Shown here in pieces: positions 43,680-56,362 of a stretch of DNA of 64,000 bases (positions are counted from its first letter, which is position 1; the number at the start of each line of letters is the position of its first letter). A model generated the notes under the pieces. That model searched no databases and was not told where the DNA came from. It worked only from the letters and a program-made list of their open reading frames with translations. The translations under genes and the position numbers were made by a program. This stretch comes from Eledone cirrhosa (taxonomy: Eukaryota): the NCBI GenBank assembly GCA_964016885.1, contig OZ024740.1:331204001-331268000 (forward strand), written 5' to 3'.

Positions 43680-43869
43680 ATAATTGTTTCTACTTTAGGA
43701 ACAAGGCCAGCAATTATCCAGTGCATTACTGGTACCTTATTTTATCGACCCCGTAAGGATGAAAGGCAAAGTCAACCTCGGCGGGATTTGAACTCAGATC
43801 ATAAAGGGACGTAACTATGCTGGAAAGCATGGCGTCCGACCCTCTACCGATACTGCCAATCCACCGCCC
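43680..43869 (-). mobile_element. Full-length Meta-type SINE with TSD; the empty site is present in the paralogous repeat
   Basis: CCTTTAATAATAAT at 43671-43684 and 43868-43881; single copy at 45125-45138. Confidence 0.95.
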
Positions 43870-43881
43870 TTTAATAATAAT

Positions 43882-43955
43882 GCTGTGATATATATTTCAA
43901 TGGCGACACTGGCCACACTGTTCTGTGTGCGAGTGTCGTGACATCATCAGACAGC
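43882..43955 (-). ncRNA. Type I hammerhead candidate
   Basis: GCUGU-CUGAUGA-...CGACACU/AGUGUCG...-GAAA-UAUAUA-UC-ACAGC; base of stem II imperfect. Confidence 0.65.
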
Positions 43956-45138
43956 TTGTTACATAATAAGGTTATGTTTCCGAGGCAATCCAAATTGAAT
44001 CGACATGGGAACGGATGAAATGCGTGCTTTTGGGTTTATCACCCGTTCCCCTGTGAGTACCAATTCACCCCCACCGGTCTGCGCGTGCGCATGTCCGAAG
44101 GAAGTTGACCATTAGCTACCGCAGATTTCAACGAAATTCGCTTAGTCAGTTCACCCTCTCAGTTACACAATGGCCCGTACCATAGGTTACTGCTACCCAT
44201 CTCGACTGTGGTAGTCAGTCGAAAGCCAGAGGGGTGGGAGAGTGTTAGTTTTTATAGGTCATAATACTACCTCTCACCTAGCGTGGACAGTACGACTGAC
44301 GATAAACTTAATTCTAGGTATCATGATTTTATATTGTAAGTTAAGAGTGAGAGTTGGAAATAAAAATTAAAATCCTAAATCAAGTATCAGAAATTATAAA
44401 TTAAACAATTAAAAAATAAAAAAATTAACAATTAGTAATTAGAAGTTAGAAATTTTTTCCAAGTGAGAATTCGGATTGAGGTGAGTAAAAAAATATAGAT
44501 TGAAGTGAGTAAATAATATGGAGAGAGATGTTTAAGTAAGAAGTTCTGAGAGGGGTTCTAGTGTCACAGTTACTCTATCCACATATTGAACGACAGTGCC
44601 GTACATTAGAACGGAGGGTAAGCTACAGCATTTAAGGCAGTAGTCAATCTGGTACACAGTCATAATTCCCATTACATGGAACAATACCAAAGAAAAACAG
44701 ACATAGAAGAAAAAATGCAAAAACACAGAGTACATATATGCAAAATGATCCATATGATTGTCAATCTGTCCATGTATATTTTGAATTGAGGGGGCTTCTG
44801 TTCAAATCGATTTAGTGCAGGGAAATAGGGGTTTATCTTATTTTTTGTTTCCGTGTATTTATCCTGCCGAAAGTTACTATTATGTCCGTCAAGTTTCAGG
44901 GGTTTCCATCCCCATGGTAGAGGGAATTTCCGGGGCAACTCATGGTTGGTTCCTCTCTTCTCCACCATATCGGTTACATCATAGAGCGCTCAACTAATTG
45001 GAGCTAAATTATTAGGGTAAACATTGATGCAATTCAATTCAAGCACTCAACGTACTTTTTCCACATAGGAGTGACGGAGTAAATATCGAATAAGGAAAAG
45101 CGAAGTAGTTTCAGATGTTCAAGTCCTTTAATAATAAT

Positions 45139-45212
45139 GCTGTGATATATATTTCAATGGCGACACTGGCCACACTGTTCTGTGTGCGAGTGTCGTGACA
45201 TCATCAGACAGC
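45139..45212 (-). ncRNA. Type I hammerhead candidate
   Basis: Identical to 43882-43955. Confidence 0.65.
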
Positions 45213-45559
45213 TTGTTACATAATAAGGTTATGTTTCCGAGGCAATCCAAATTGAATCAACATGGGAACGGATGAAATGCGTTCTTTTGGGTTTATCACC
45301 CGTTCCCCTGTGAGTACCAATTCACCCCCACCGGTCTGCGCGTGCGCATGTCCGAAGGAAGTTGACCATTAGCTACCGCAGATTTCAACGAAATTCGCTT
45401 AGTCAGTTCACCCTCTCAGTGACACAATGGCCCGTACCATAGTTTACTGCTACCCATCTCACAGGGGAACGGGTGATAAACCCAAAAGCACGCATTTCAT
45501 CCGTTCCCATGTCGATTCAATTTGGATTGCCTCGGAAACATAAGCTTATTATGTAACAA

Positions 45560-45633
45560 GCTGTCTGATGATGTCACAACACTCGCACACAGAACAGTGT
45601 GGCCAGTGTCGCCATTGAAATATATATCACAGC
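45560..45633 (+). ncRNA. Type I hammerhead candidate (inverted copy)
   Basis: gctgt ctgatga ... gaaa tatata tc acagc. Confidence 0.62.
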
Positions 45634-45760
45634 ATTATTATTAAAGGACTTGAACATCTGAAACTACTTCACTTTTCCTTATTCGATATTTACTCCGTCA
45701 CTCCTATGTTGAAAAAGTACGTTGAGTGCTTGAATTGAATTGCATCAATATTTACCCTAA

Positions 45761-45856
<96 letters not shown>

Positions 45857-45865
45857 TATATATAT

Positions 45866-45938
<73 letters not shown>

Positions 45939-46080
45939 GACAAGTAACGAATGAATCTGCCGAATTGCAGTAATGCAACTACAACCAGCTGTTCAGAATG
46001 CACACATTTAGTTAATAACAGTTACGGATGCTGTGTTTTGGCAGAGATAAAACTTTATATAATTGTGTGCGTGTGTATGT

Positions 46081-46118
<38 letters not shown>

Positions 46119-47449
46119 TTGTATGTGTGTCCGTGTGTATGTGTATGTATGTGTGTGTGTTTGTGTGTGTGTTTTAATGTATATGCCGACATAAAGTTCC
46201 ACACATACGTATATGCGATAGCCTGTATTTATATTGTATCTGATTTAATGTGGTATGTGTTTATACACGAAACTACATCTTTCCCTTTCTTCAAGTTCGT
46301 TTATATAAAAATGTTCTGACCTATTTCCGTCCCTCCTGATAAGAACAGTTTTGAAAATGTAATAAAAGATAATAACTACGTCCCCTATGTCTCCTTGGAA
46401 TACAGAGATAACTTTGAAAAATAAGTTTTATATTTACTCGACATTTATTAATCAATTATCTTCTAAGATATAGTACAACATATGATTCTATATCTCTAAA
46501 TTAAATTTGTTTTATGTTTTACATTTCCCAGTTCAATATTAGTTACCATCATGACATTTCGATTTAGATTATTGCCCGGGACATGATACACATTTATGAA
46601 CGGTAAAAGATGTCATGTCAGTAACAATATATTACGAAAAGTGTATCAGTAGGGTATTGTAAATGGAAATCCATTAATATGGTCCCTGGCTAAATAGATT
46701 CGTAGTGTATGCTATAGTACAAAGAGGCGTACGATATTGATAAACAATTATATTTTCTGACTTGCGAAGTTTAAAGGAAAATATATATTATTATTTTATA
46801 TTTTATAGATAAATTTAAACACAACCGCAAATTAAGCACTTGTTAAATTATGTGTGTCATAGATATCGCTGGTCAATATCCATTTTCATTGCTCAACACA
46901 AGCAAATGTCTCGAACGATGTTAGAAGGAAGCTACATTGGAGAGATGTAAGTATAATTTGCCTATCCATCCAACGTAGTAACATCATATTAAAATAAAAC
47001 AGGCCTCAGTTTCCACTGGTCTAATCACACAGTTTTATGGTAGTGGAGGGAAATCCAAGCGAATAAAAAGCGGTAATCATGCAGAATCATTGTGGTGCCA
47101 GCAAAAATATTTTGTTACGTCTCTTTGGATTCTTGGTGGAAAACGTCGGCCTTAACTCTCAACCGCCGGAGGTCGATGAGCTGCAGTAGGATTGGAAATA
47201 TATGTTGACCAGTGATGTATAAGGACCCCAGAAAGGATGGTTGACGAAATTATATAATGAAATCACACGCCAATTTAACATGATGCATTTCAAATGCATA
47301 ACGGTAGTATGCTTTGCAACCACATCGGCTCAATTTCAACAAAAAGCCACAAACCATTCGTTAAGTGTTGCCGGCTATATTCCTGTTGACGAATTCATTA
47401 ACAATAGTATCTGTAGGCAAAATGTGTATGTATACATATATATATATAT

Positions 47450-48670
47450 TCCCATTATGCCAAACCCATGACTTCCAAATATCTGATCCACCGAAACTCA
47501 GCTGTTTCGGACCATAACAAAATCAACATACTGATCGCGGATTTAGTACGGGTGATAAGAAACGTGTCCCGCATGTGCAACCCCGAAGAACTAGAGAGAC
47601 ACATACAACACTTCATCCACCGTATGCAGTTCTCTGGTTACAATCAGAGAGATAAAATCAGAGTGTATATAGGAGCCAGAACAAAATGGGAAACATGGTA
47701 AATAATGACACAAATGGGACCTGCCCCTTGTATAGGAGCAAATTTTGGAATAGAATAGAAAGAACTAGGAATAAGGCTAATAGAATAAACTCATGGTATG
47801 ATAGCAACACATACCAGAGTGTAATGTTCATCGATACAACCCCTAGAGGTGAATTAGCTTACAAATTTAGAAGGGCCCTAGATAAACATAAACTCAATAT
47901 TAAGATAGTAGAAAGACCAGGTACCTCCGTAAAAACACTTATTAGCAAGACATACCCTTTTCAAAGACCCCCCTGTATAGATAAGAAATGTATAACCTGT
48001 AAATTAAGCCCCCATATTAACTGTAAAACTAGAAATGTAGTATATAGCATGAGATGAACTGAAGGACTATGTAGAGACAAAAATATAGTGTACATAGGTG
48101 AGACAGCTCGTAGTGTAGGGGAACGGATAAATGAACACTGGCGAGACCTTCAAGATAGTAAAGAATCATCTGTACTCTACCAACATGCTAAAATAGAACA
48201 TAAGGGTAAATTAGAGAACATAGAAATAAAAATAAAATCAACACACAGTAAAGATGCAATGTTTAGACAAATCACAGAGGCAAAAAACATAAATGAATTA
48301 CAACCAAAATTAAATAGAAATCATGAGTGGCACAGCAACATCACAACTTACAATTAAGGACACAATGAAAACACACACGCACATAGAACAAACAACCAAC
48401 CTGTAACATGTAAATAAACAAATAAATAAACGAACATAAACACACACAGACACCCGGATGTGGCACATGCGCAGACTGAGCACACAACACACACACAGAA
48501 ACATGATGTCGTAGGACAGAACAAAGAAGAGGCACAAAAACAAAGAAAATAATCCCCAGTCACTGAAGAGGTCACATAATGTGTGACGAAAGAACTTTGA
48601 CAATATATAAACAACCATCTGGTTGTGGAACCAACCAACCAACCGGAAATTTATAAATTCCTAAATTTAT
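47450..48670 (+). mobile_element. 5'-truncated Penelope-like element: RT thumb, linker, GIY-YIG endonuclease and 3' UTR with hammerhead
   Basis: RMQFSGY; CIDKKCITC...NCKTRNVVYSMR*TEGLCRDKNIVYIGETARSVGERINEH...RQITEA...PKLN (ORFs 47468, 47686, 48088). Confidence 0.92.
48559..48601 (+). ncRNA. Minimal type I hammerhead in the PLE 3' UTR
   Basis: GUCA-CUGAAGA-G-GUCACA-UAAUG-UGUGAC-GAAA-GAAC-UU-UGAC. Confidence 0.75.
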
Positions 48671-48807
48671 AAATTTACTATAATAAATTGAAGTGAAGGC
48701 ATGTGGTGCGTGTGTTTCTTATTGGCAACATGACCCTCCCAAAGTATAACAATATCGGTTTCAACACACGTTTTCAGATAAAGAATCTTGCTAAACAAAT
48801 TCAGAAA

Positions 48808-48854
<47 letters not shown>

Positions 48855-49159
48855 TTATTTTATCATGAGTTAAGGCTCTACTGATATTTCCCCGTATTTC
48901 ACTAAATTCCGTGGATGAATCTATATCCTGATTTTCTTTGAGATGAGTTTGAATTATTTTTCCCACATCTTACGTTAACTATTTTTCCCATTTTGACGCT
49001 ATAGTCACTTATATATATTATGGAATACTGTTGACTTTTCGCTACAATGTTTTCTATACCTTTCATTTATATATATATATATATATATAACGAAGTAAAT
49101 GTGGTAAGGAACCAGGTGGACCATAACACACCTCAATACTTAGGTTAGTAGAGTGGGTA

Positions 49160-49260
49160 ATAGGAACCAGTAAGACCCCGGCGGCTAATTCTGGACTGAA
49201 TTAGTCCAGAATTAGCCCCGTCGAAACGGCTTCAGCTCAGCCGTCGGGGTCTTACTGGTT

Positions 49261-49264
<4 letters not shown>
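49160..49264. repeat. About 105-bp nested hairpin
   Basis: taggaaccagtaagaccccg...cggggtcttactggttccta outer arms; inner gctaattctggact/agtccagaattagc. Confidence 0.85.
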
Positions 49265-49342
<78 letters not shown>

Positions 49343-49350
<8 letters not shown>

Positions 49351-49873
49351 TAAACGGAATAGAAAATGCTGACAAATTGTTCACAGTGAAAAATAGTTTA
49401 ATTAGGAATAAGTGATAATTAGTAATAGTATTGTTTAGTATTCAGTTTTGGTTTTAAGTTTTGCCGGTTGCGCATTTCTAATGATTTTCACAAATAATGT
49501 TGAGATAGAGCGTCCGTGATGTTTGCTCTGATCTGATTAGTTTGGGAATTGACCTCTACCGACCAATCAAAATTGTTTTGACCACAATCATTTTTGCAAC
49601 ACGAATTGGCGCAAAACTTATTTTAATACCGCTGGAGTCACTTTTTTAACATAAAAACGCCTAGAATTCCCAAAACTAATCAGATCAGAGCAAACATCAC
49701 GGACGCTCTATCTCAAAATTATTTTTGAAAATCATTAGAAATGCGCAACCGGTAAAACTTAAAACCAAAACTTAATACTAACCAATACTATTACTAATTA
49801 TCACTTATTCCTAATTAAACCATTTTTCACTGTGAACAATTTGTCAACATTTTCTATTCCGTTTACCAATATA
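49343..49873. repeat. About 530-bp foldback (about 208-bp arms, about 115-bp spacer)
   Basis: 49343-49550 is the reverse complement of 49664-49873. Confidence 0.92.
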
Positions 49874-49933
49874 TCATAACTTGTGTGTTACACCTCTATT
49901 CTTTAAAATATATATATATATATATGTGTGTGA

Positions 49934-49994
<61 letters not shown>

Positions 49995-50025
49995 ACTCAA
50001 TAGTATTGAATGATTAATTGCTTAA

Positions 50026-50880
50026 CTGGATTATACCATCATTTCCAACGGTCCGGGTAAATATTTCAATCATTTATTTTGTTTGACCCGTTTAGCTTGC
50101 TTCGTTTTTTTTGTTTTTTTTTACTGAGATGGTTGATAGCTTTTCAGTTTGATTTATAACTTATGTTTATTGCTCTGGTCTCTTTTGGTCTCTTTTGGCG
50201 CTTGCAACACAAATAGGAAATTGCGTTTCGCTTATTTCTACCCACCGAAATACAATTCTCGCTGAATTTATATTCTTATTCATCTCCCGAGTCTAACAAT
50301 TAACCAGTTAATTTTTTTTAGATAATTCTATTGACTGATGAATTGCTTAAGTTTATTTTAAAAATTACCAGGTTGAGAGCTTAATTTGATTTGTGCTGTT
50401 TTTGCAATTTTTGCATCGATTACACATACTGAATTCATTTGCCAAAATTTGGGGTTTTCTTCCCTGTAAAGGTACACATGTGCTTTCAAAACACTATGAG
50501 ATTCAAAACGCTAGCGCAGAACAAAATTCCTGTTGAGAAAGTGATATCCTTGTTCGATGATTATACCAAAAGCTTATTTTTTTAAGCAGACAGTATTATT
50601 GATTTAGGTGTCGCAGAAACCCTGTACTGGATTATACCATCATTTCCAACAATCCGGGTAAATAATTTCACTCATTTATTTTGTTTGAGCCGTTTAGCTT
50701 GCTTCGTTCTTTTTGACTTAGGTGGTTGATAGCTTCTTAACCGCCGTCTCCGTTTGTATGGATTTATAACATATGTTTATTGCTCTGGTCTCTTTAGGTT
50801 CATGGAGCTCTTGGCGACACAGTCCGGAAATTGCGTTTCGCTTACCTCTACCCGCCGAAATACGATTCTCGCTGAATATA
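50026..50880. repeat. Diverged about 245-bp direct repeat, 600 bp apart
   Basis: actggattataccatcatttccaac...attctcgctgaat at about 50026 and about 50626. Confidence 0.82.
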
Positions 50881-51026
50881 TATAAAGATATATATGTAGA
50901 TAAATCTACCAAAAGATATGGTAGTGTCCAATCCGTATGAAGAACTCAATGTAATCCAAATATCATGAAAAGAGAAGATGCATTCAAATTTTTTCGATGA
51001 GTTAAGATAAATTAATGAAAACAATG

Positions 51027-51272
51027 AATAAAAACAAAGAACAAGTTCCGTATATTACAAAGTTCATCATTTTACGATCGTTTCTAGGATATATATGTGT
51101 GCTGGTATGCTGAAGACAGCATATATATGTGAAGGTATGTATATTTCCTCTGATAGTTTGTAAAATGTTTACATAGATCTATATGACATACATACCAACA
51201 CACAAATATATCCTAGAAACGATCGTAAAATGATGAATTTTTAATATAAGGAACTTGTTGTTGGTTTTTATT
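51027..51272. repeat. About 70-bp inverted repeat containing the hammerhead 3' half GAAA-CGAUCG-UA
   Basis: ttcatcattttacgatcgtttctaggatatat versus atatatcctagaaacgatcgtaaaatgatgaa. Confidence 0.78.
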
Positions 51273-51273
51273 A

Positions 51274-51358
<85 letters not shown>

Positions 51359-51381
51359 GTGAACAACACAATATATAACTA

Positions 51382-51449
51382 CTCTATTACCAAAGGTTTC
51401 AGGAACCTAGAAAATATTAATATACGTCTAGATCGTTCATCAGACAAAG
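51382..51449 (-). ncRNA. Type I hammerhead candidate inside an inverted repeat (51355-51535)
   Basis: CUUUGU-CUGAUGA-AC-GAUCUAGA...UCUAGGUU-CCU-GAAA-CCUUUGG-UA-AUAGAG. Confidence 0.6.
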
Positions 51450-51606
51450 ATGTTATGGCTAGAAAATATTAATATTGTCTAGGGTCCTGAAACCTTTTGT
51501 AATGGAGTAGTTTTATATTGTGTTGTTCACTTTCTTTATAATTAAATTGCTCTGTTCTATACATAGAGTAATCCTTTTTCCCTTGCTTTTTCTTTGGAAT
51601 TACCTA

Positions 51607-51652
<46 letters not shown>

Positions 51653-51677
51653 ACAAACACACACACATATATATATG

Positions 51678-52230
51678 ATCAGCTTCTTTGCGTTCAGTCG
51701 CTTTTCTTGCATCGCCTTTGACAGTATTATCCTTTCCTCATCTCGTATCAAACGTAGCGAATGTCTTCATGTACCACCAGCCTAATGAGCTTTTCATCCA
51801 CGCCTTTCTCCCTTGCAATGGCACGCATCGGCTTGCTAGGTTAATTGTTGATGATATCCTGAACTTCTGCGACGAACTCGGGCATTCTGAAGGCGTCAGA
51901 TCGTCGATCATGAGTTTACCTATCTGATGTTGCTTCGTAGTCGAATCCTGAATCTTCCAATTCCTTTTTGACCTTTTCCACCATTCTCCTGCTGACGCTG
52001 AGAAAGTCTGAAATGTCCTTATTTGTCCTCCCGGCGCGGATTCCAAGAAGAACTCCGTGTCTCTTCCACAAAATTGGAGGTTCAAAATTATTCATAATCA
52101 ATTATTCTGAAAATAAATAATGGAAATATAGTCACTGTTTTAATAAAGACAAGAGTGACAACGGAATTTTGAAAAAAATTTGCATAAAATTAGCAGTTGA
52201 AAATTCAGAATAAATATCGTCCATACCCTG
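51678..52230 (-). mobile_element. Tc1/mariner-superfamily DNA transposon 5' fragment (terminus plus HTH domains)
   Basis: TA-CAGGGT terminus at 52230; GRTNKDISDFLSVSRRMVEKV and PSKPMRAIAREKGVDEKLIRLVVHEDI HTH-like segments; no DDD domain. Confidence 0.75.
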
Positions 52231-52544
52231 TATATATGCATACTTAATCTATGAAATTTAAAACATTTCCTTATTCTGGGACAAATATCTGAGACTACTC
52301 ATTACGAGCTAGGTTAATCAGTGTATTGTTAAAGTGAAAGACAATCACAGTTTTCTGTGTACACATATTATTAACGAAATGAAACATTTCGTATGGAAAT
52401 ATTAATTATTCACATTAGAATATGTTTTTTTAAGGAATTACGTAAAGTTTAATATGACTGTATACCCGGAGACATAACATCTTTTTCTAATATAAATTCC
52501 AAGATGCTAGAATTTCCGACTAAGTGATGTTTATTTTAAACCAC

Positions 52545-52735
52545 TAATAATTGTTTCTACTTTTGGTACAAGGCCAGCAATTACCCAGTACATTACTAGT
52601 ACTTTATTTTATCGACCCATAAGGATGAAAGGCAAAGTTAACCTCGGTGGGATTTGAACTCAGACCGTAATGGGACGTAACTATGCTGGAAAGCATGGCG
52701 TCCGACCCTGCACCGATACACCTAATTCACCGCCC
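52545..52735 (-). mobile_element. Meta-type SINE with degenerate TSD
   Basis: taaaccactaataat / taaaccattaaataat flanks. Confidence 0.88.
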
Positions 52736-53124
52736 TCTAAACCATTAAATAATATGGATTTACTTATGATATATATTTAAACACTTAGTGGAGAGACGAA
52801 AAACGATAACTTGGATAGCTCAATCAACTTTAACAAAAATTAAATGTAATTAATAAATAATTTTACTCATTTTCAAACAACAAGGATTACTATAACTCTA
52901 TATATGAATATAAATATAATCGACAGCAATTAAAATATATGAATTACGAAAGCATTTTCCCAATCGTGTTATCAAATCAAAATAAACTAATCAGAAATTT
53001 GAGTGAACAGATGTTCTGCCTAATAATCAACGATAAATACTTACATAAAACGAAACACCCACGTACGCCCAAGATTAAGAATTTAAATAGGTTGTTTACA
53101 ATAGTTTATAACATTGCTTATTAA

Positions 53125-54595
53125 TCAGTATGGTGAGTAAATGGGGTCCCACGTGCTAGCCTCCCGGCAGCCCCAGTGGACCCGATGGAGGAGGAGTTTC
53201 CCCGGAGGATAGTAAGGGAGATGCGCTTGAAAAGCCATACCAACTCGCGAGGCTCACTCCTGTGGATGGCTAGCTCAACTCCTATGGTGGGGAATAGGGA
53301 GGTAGCCCTAGGGCCAGGGACACCAGAAGTCTCCGCTGCCAAGAGCACGACCGCGAACCTGTCGGAGAGCGACTGGTACGTGGAGAGTTTGGCCTCCTAA
53401 GCCCAACGTGCAGCAGTACCTGGGTTAGTCGCAGACTTCACCAGGTTGCGGCTGGAGGTGTCGCTGCAAGTGGGATCCCAGGGGTTTCTCAACACGAAAT
53501 GGGAAGATGGTCATACCAGCTGGCCTTTTGCCATCCCCTCGGTTCAGCCACACCGGCTTGAGCTGGGAGAGGAAGCCTGCAGCGTCCAAGCCATGCTTAA
53601 TGACCTCGTTGAGGGCAGCATGGCGTGGAAGACGGCTGGAGTCTGAAAGAGACCACGGTAGATCCACAGCGACATTTATGTGGGTCGCAGATCCGGAGTC
53701 CAAGTCTCAAGGAAACGCCGATGCGCAGGCTATCGTTATCCAGCTGCGTGCCAATGGCGAAGGTGGGCAAAGCATGGAGCCAGGCACCACTGTAGACTTG
53801 GAGGCCGCGTAAAAACAGGCAAGATGGTGCTGGTCGAGCTGGCGGTGCGTGACACTGTCATAGGCCAGGCTGCACTGGATGGCATCCCATACGCTTTGGG
53901 GGTACTTGACGTCAGCGGGGACAGAAGGGGGAGGGACGTCTACCTGGCTAAGTCCCAGCGTGTCCCATGTCTCACAGGCGATCTCGTGTTCCCTGAACAC
54001 AGAGTGTTCTATTGTGCTTTGGATAACCCTGCTGACGAGGACGCGTCATGAGGTTACCGATGAAAGAAATGCCTGCAAAGCCAGCGAGATCGGCGACCGA
54101 AGAGCAAAGCCGCCATATCTGACAGGTAAAGTGGCCTATTGCCATCCAATGTCGCCAAACCTGACGTTGCATATCTCCCCAGCTGCCGCTCAGATACAAG
54201 TATCGGGATCAGCGAGTAGAGATGCGTGGCCGTAGCACGGAACGCTGTGAAGAATGTAGAGGAGCTTCGGCATGGCAATGCATTTCCTCAACATGAAGAG
54301 AGCTGGGTGTCCGTCGATCAAGCCCAGTCGGCTCCTGAGGATGTGCAGTTGCTGGAGCCTAGACCTGGTGGTGGAGCGGTGACCCGGGGATGAGGACATC
54401 CTCTTTGGGGGTCACCTGTACTTCGTAGAGATGGGACCGAACGTCCAGGACGGAGGCTTGAGAGCTCTCAGCATCATAGCTGACATTCACAACCTCCGAC
54501 TTGGATGAGTTGACCTGGAGGCCGATTCCCGCCAGAGTATGAACCACCGATTGAAGGTCATGGCAGACAGACTCCACGGGCCCGCCCACCGTAGC
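53125..54595 (-). mobile_element. CRE-like non-LTR retrotransposon, 5'-truncated (end of RT, thumb, RLE)
   Basis: IGLQVNSSKSEV, AMPKLLYIL, TLPVRYGG, PRHAALNEVIKHGL, GKRPAGMTIFPF, AAETSG, FKRISLTILRGNSSSI. Confidence 0.85.
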
Positions 54596-55687
54596 AATAA
54601 CTGAATATCTTGTAAATGTTATTCCGAAATGTATCGCTATTGGCAATAAACCGTATAAGTTATTTGAATGGCAAAAGACCACAGTGAAATGTATTTGCCT
54701 TTTCAGCGATATGAACATCATTGCAATTAGCAAGTACGGTGAATTGGTGTTAGCATTCATGAAGGACGTGTTCATGTAAAACGATTTACGCTCTCTAAAA
54801 CAAAAAAATAATTAATCATGTATGCCAACAGATATCAGTGAAAAGTATCGATATGAGGATGATTTGTAAAACTGAGTTATAATGATTCTTCTTGATCGTA
54901 AATGTATTAAAAAGAAGTAATATTCAGCCAGCTTGCATTCACTCTATGAAAGTTTATGTATGAGGAATGATTTACAATTCACGAGGGGAATAAAAAATAT
55001 AGCGTTCATTGTGCATATAAGAAACACCTTCCACCTGAATCGAGTCACTTGTGGCAACAACAAAAGAAAGACACTAAGTTGAAATGTCACAACTTAAATT
55101 ATCTTATACCTTTCAATGTATGTGTGTGTATATATATATATTTGCACATAAATCTCTAACGAAATAATTTACGAATAATAGAACTTTGGCTTTCCCACTC
55201 ATTATAGAAACTGATAAATAATTCATGCGTGCATTCCTTTTGAATCACTATATTCAAACAAATATGCTCGAATTAATGTGATAGTTTGTCAAACTTGTTT
55301 GACACAAACTTATCGGTATTCTTTTTTCTGTGTACGAGAACATTATCTGTATGTATTTATTGATTTCGTAGATTAAGCAACGGCCATATCAATTAAAGGA
55401 AAGAACATCTCTGTATAGTCATAAGCATGACTGTTAAATTAACTGAATATGAGGGGGAACATATACCAATCAAACTAAACAGCTTATCGCTGGTTTGATT
55501 TGCACCGGTAAAAAACAAGAATTATCAAACAGCGGTTCTTATTGTGATTGAATATGTAAAGCTATATTTCATAATTATAAGGGCAGTGCTAAAATACTTA
55601 TTATGGATCATTAGTAGTGAAAACAAATAAAATGCCACTTGTAATCTCCTATTGGCTGTTACGAATCCGGCATCTATTTTGTTCTTT

Positions 55688-55723
<36 letters not shown>

Positions 55724-55733
<10 letters not shown>

Positions 55734-56362
55734 CGTAAAATAAGAAAATCTTTTAAAAAAATTTTTATTTTTTTTATTTTTTACTTACTTACTTAAATTT
55801 TCACTCCAACTAATTAGTTTCTGCAATGGGATAAAGACAGTTACGTAATCTAACTGTCGAGAATTCATTGCGTCATCAGGGAGTCTATTCTCAGCTAAGT
55901 CTCCAGGAAATGCGCGGACACTGGAGGCTCATATAAAAATAATAATAATTCGGTAGATGGAACAGCTAGCGAGGACTGAATTCCATGCACTGAAATCCTC
56001 ACTGCTTCTAGTCAAATGGCCGATTCTAAAGAATCAATCACGTGACACAGAGGCTAGTCAGAAGGAATGGGATGGTAAGATGACTGACGCCTACTAACAC
56101 CCCCCAAACAATTTTTTTTAGAAGTGGTTTTGGCAGGTTTGCTCGACAAATCAGTGATTTGGAGATAAATATAGATAATTTAATATATCAACTAACATAA
56201 GCGCACAGATGCACGCCTATGCCAGCAAATACACAGGTTATGTCATAGTACCTAGGTGGTTCAATGCAGGAGGATGCAGAACAATAATATAAAAGACGTA
56301 AAATAAGAAAATCTTTTTAAAAAAAAAATTTTTTTTTTTAATTTTTTACTTACTTACTTAAA
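55724..56362 (-). mobile_element. About 563-nt hammerhead monomer with about 75-bp direct terminal repeat (retrozyme-like)
   Basis: atataaaagacgtaaaataagaaaatc...ttacttacttacttaaattt at 55724-55800 and 56288-56362; flanked by TA/TG tracts. Confidence 0.72.
55804..55883 (-). ncRNA. Type I hammerhead ribozyme
   Basis: CUCC-CUGAUGA-C-GCAAUG...GACAGUUA/UAACUGUC...CAUUGC-A-GAAA-CUAAUUAG-UU-GGAG; stems I, II and III all pair, palindromic stem III. Confidence 0.8.

Larger units (their letters stand above)
43650..45761. mobile_element. Hammerhead-bearing element with direct (43650-44202 and 45103-45460) and inverted (45011-45313 and 45459-45761) terminal repeats, PLE pseudo-LTR-like
   Basis: Repeats read directly; hammerhead spacing 1257 bp; bounded by TA runs. 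Confidence 0.8.
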
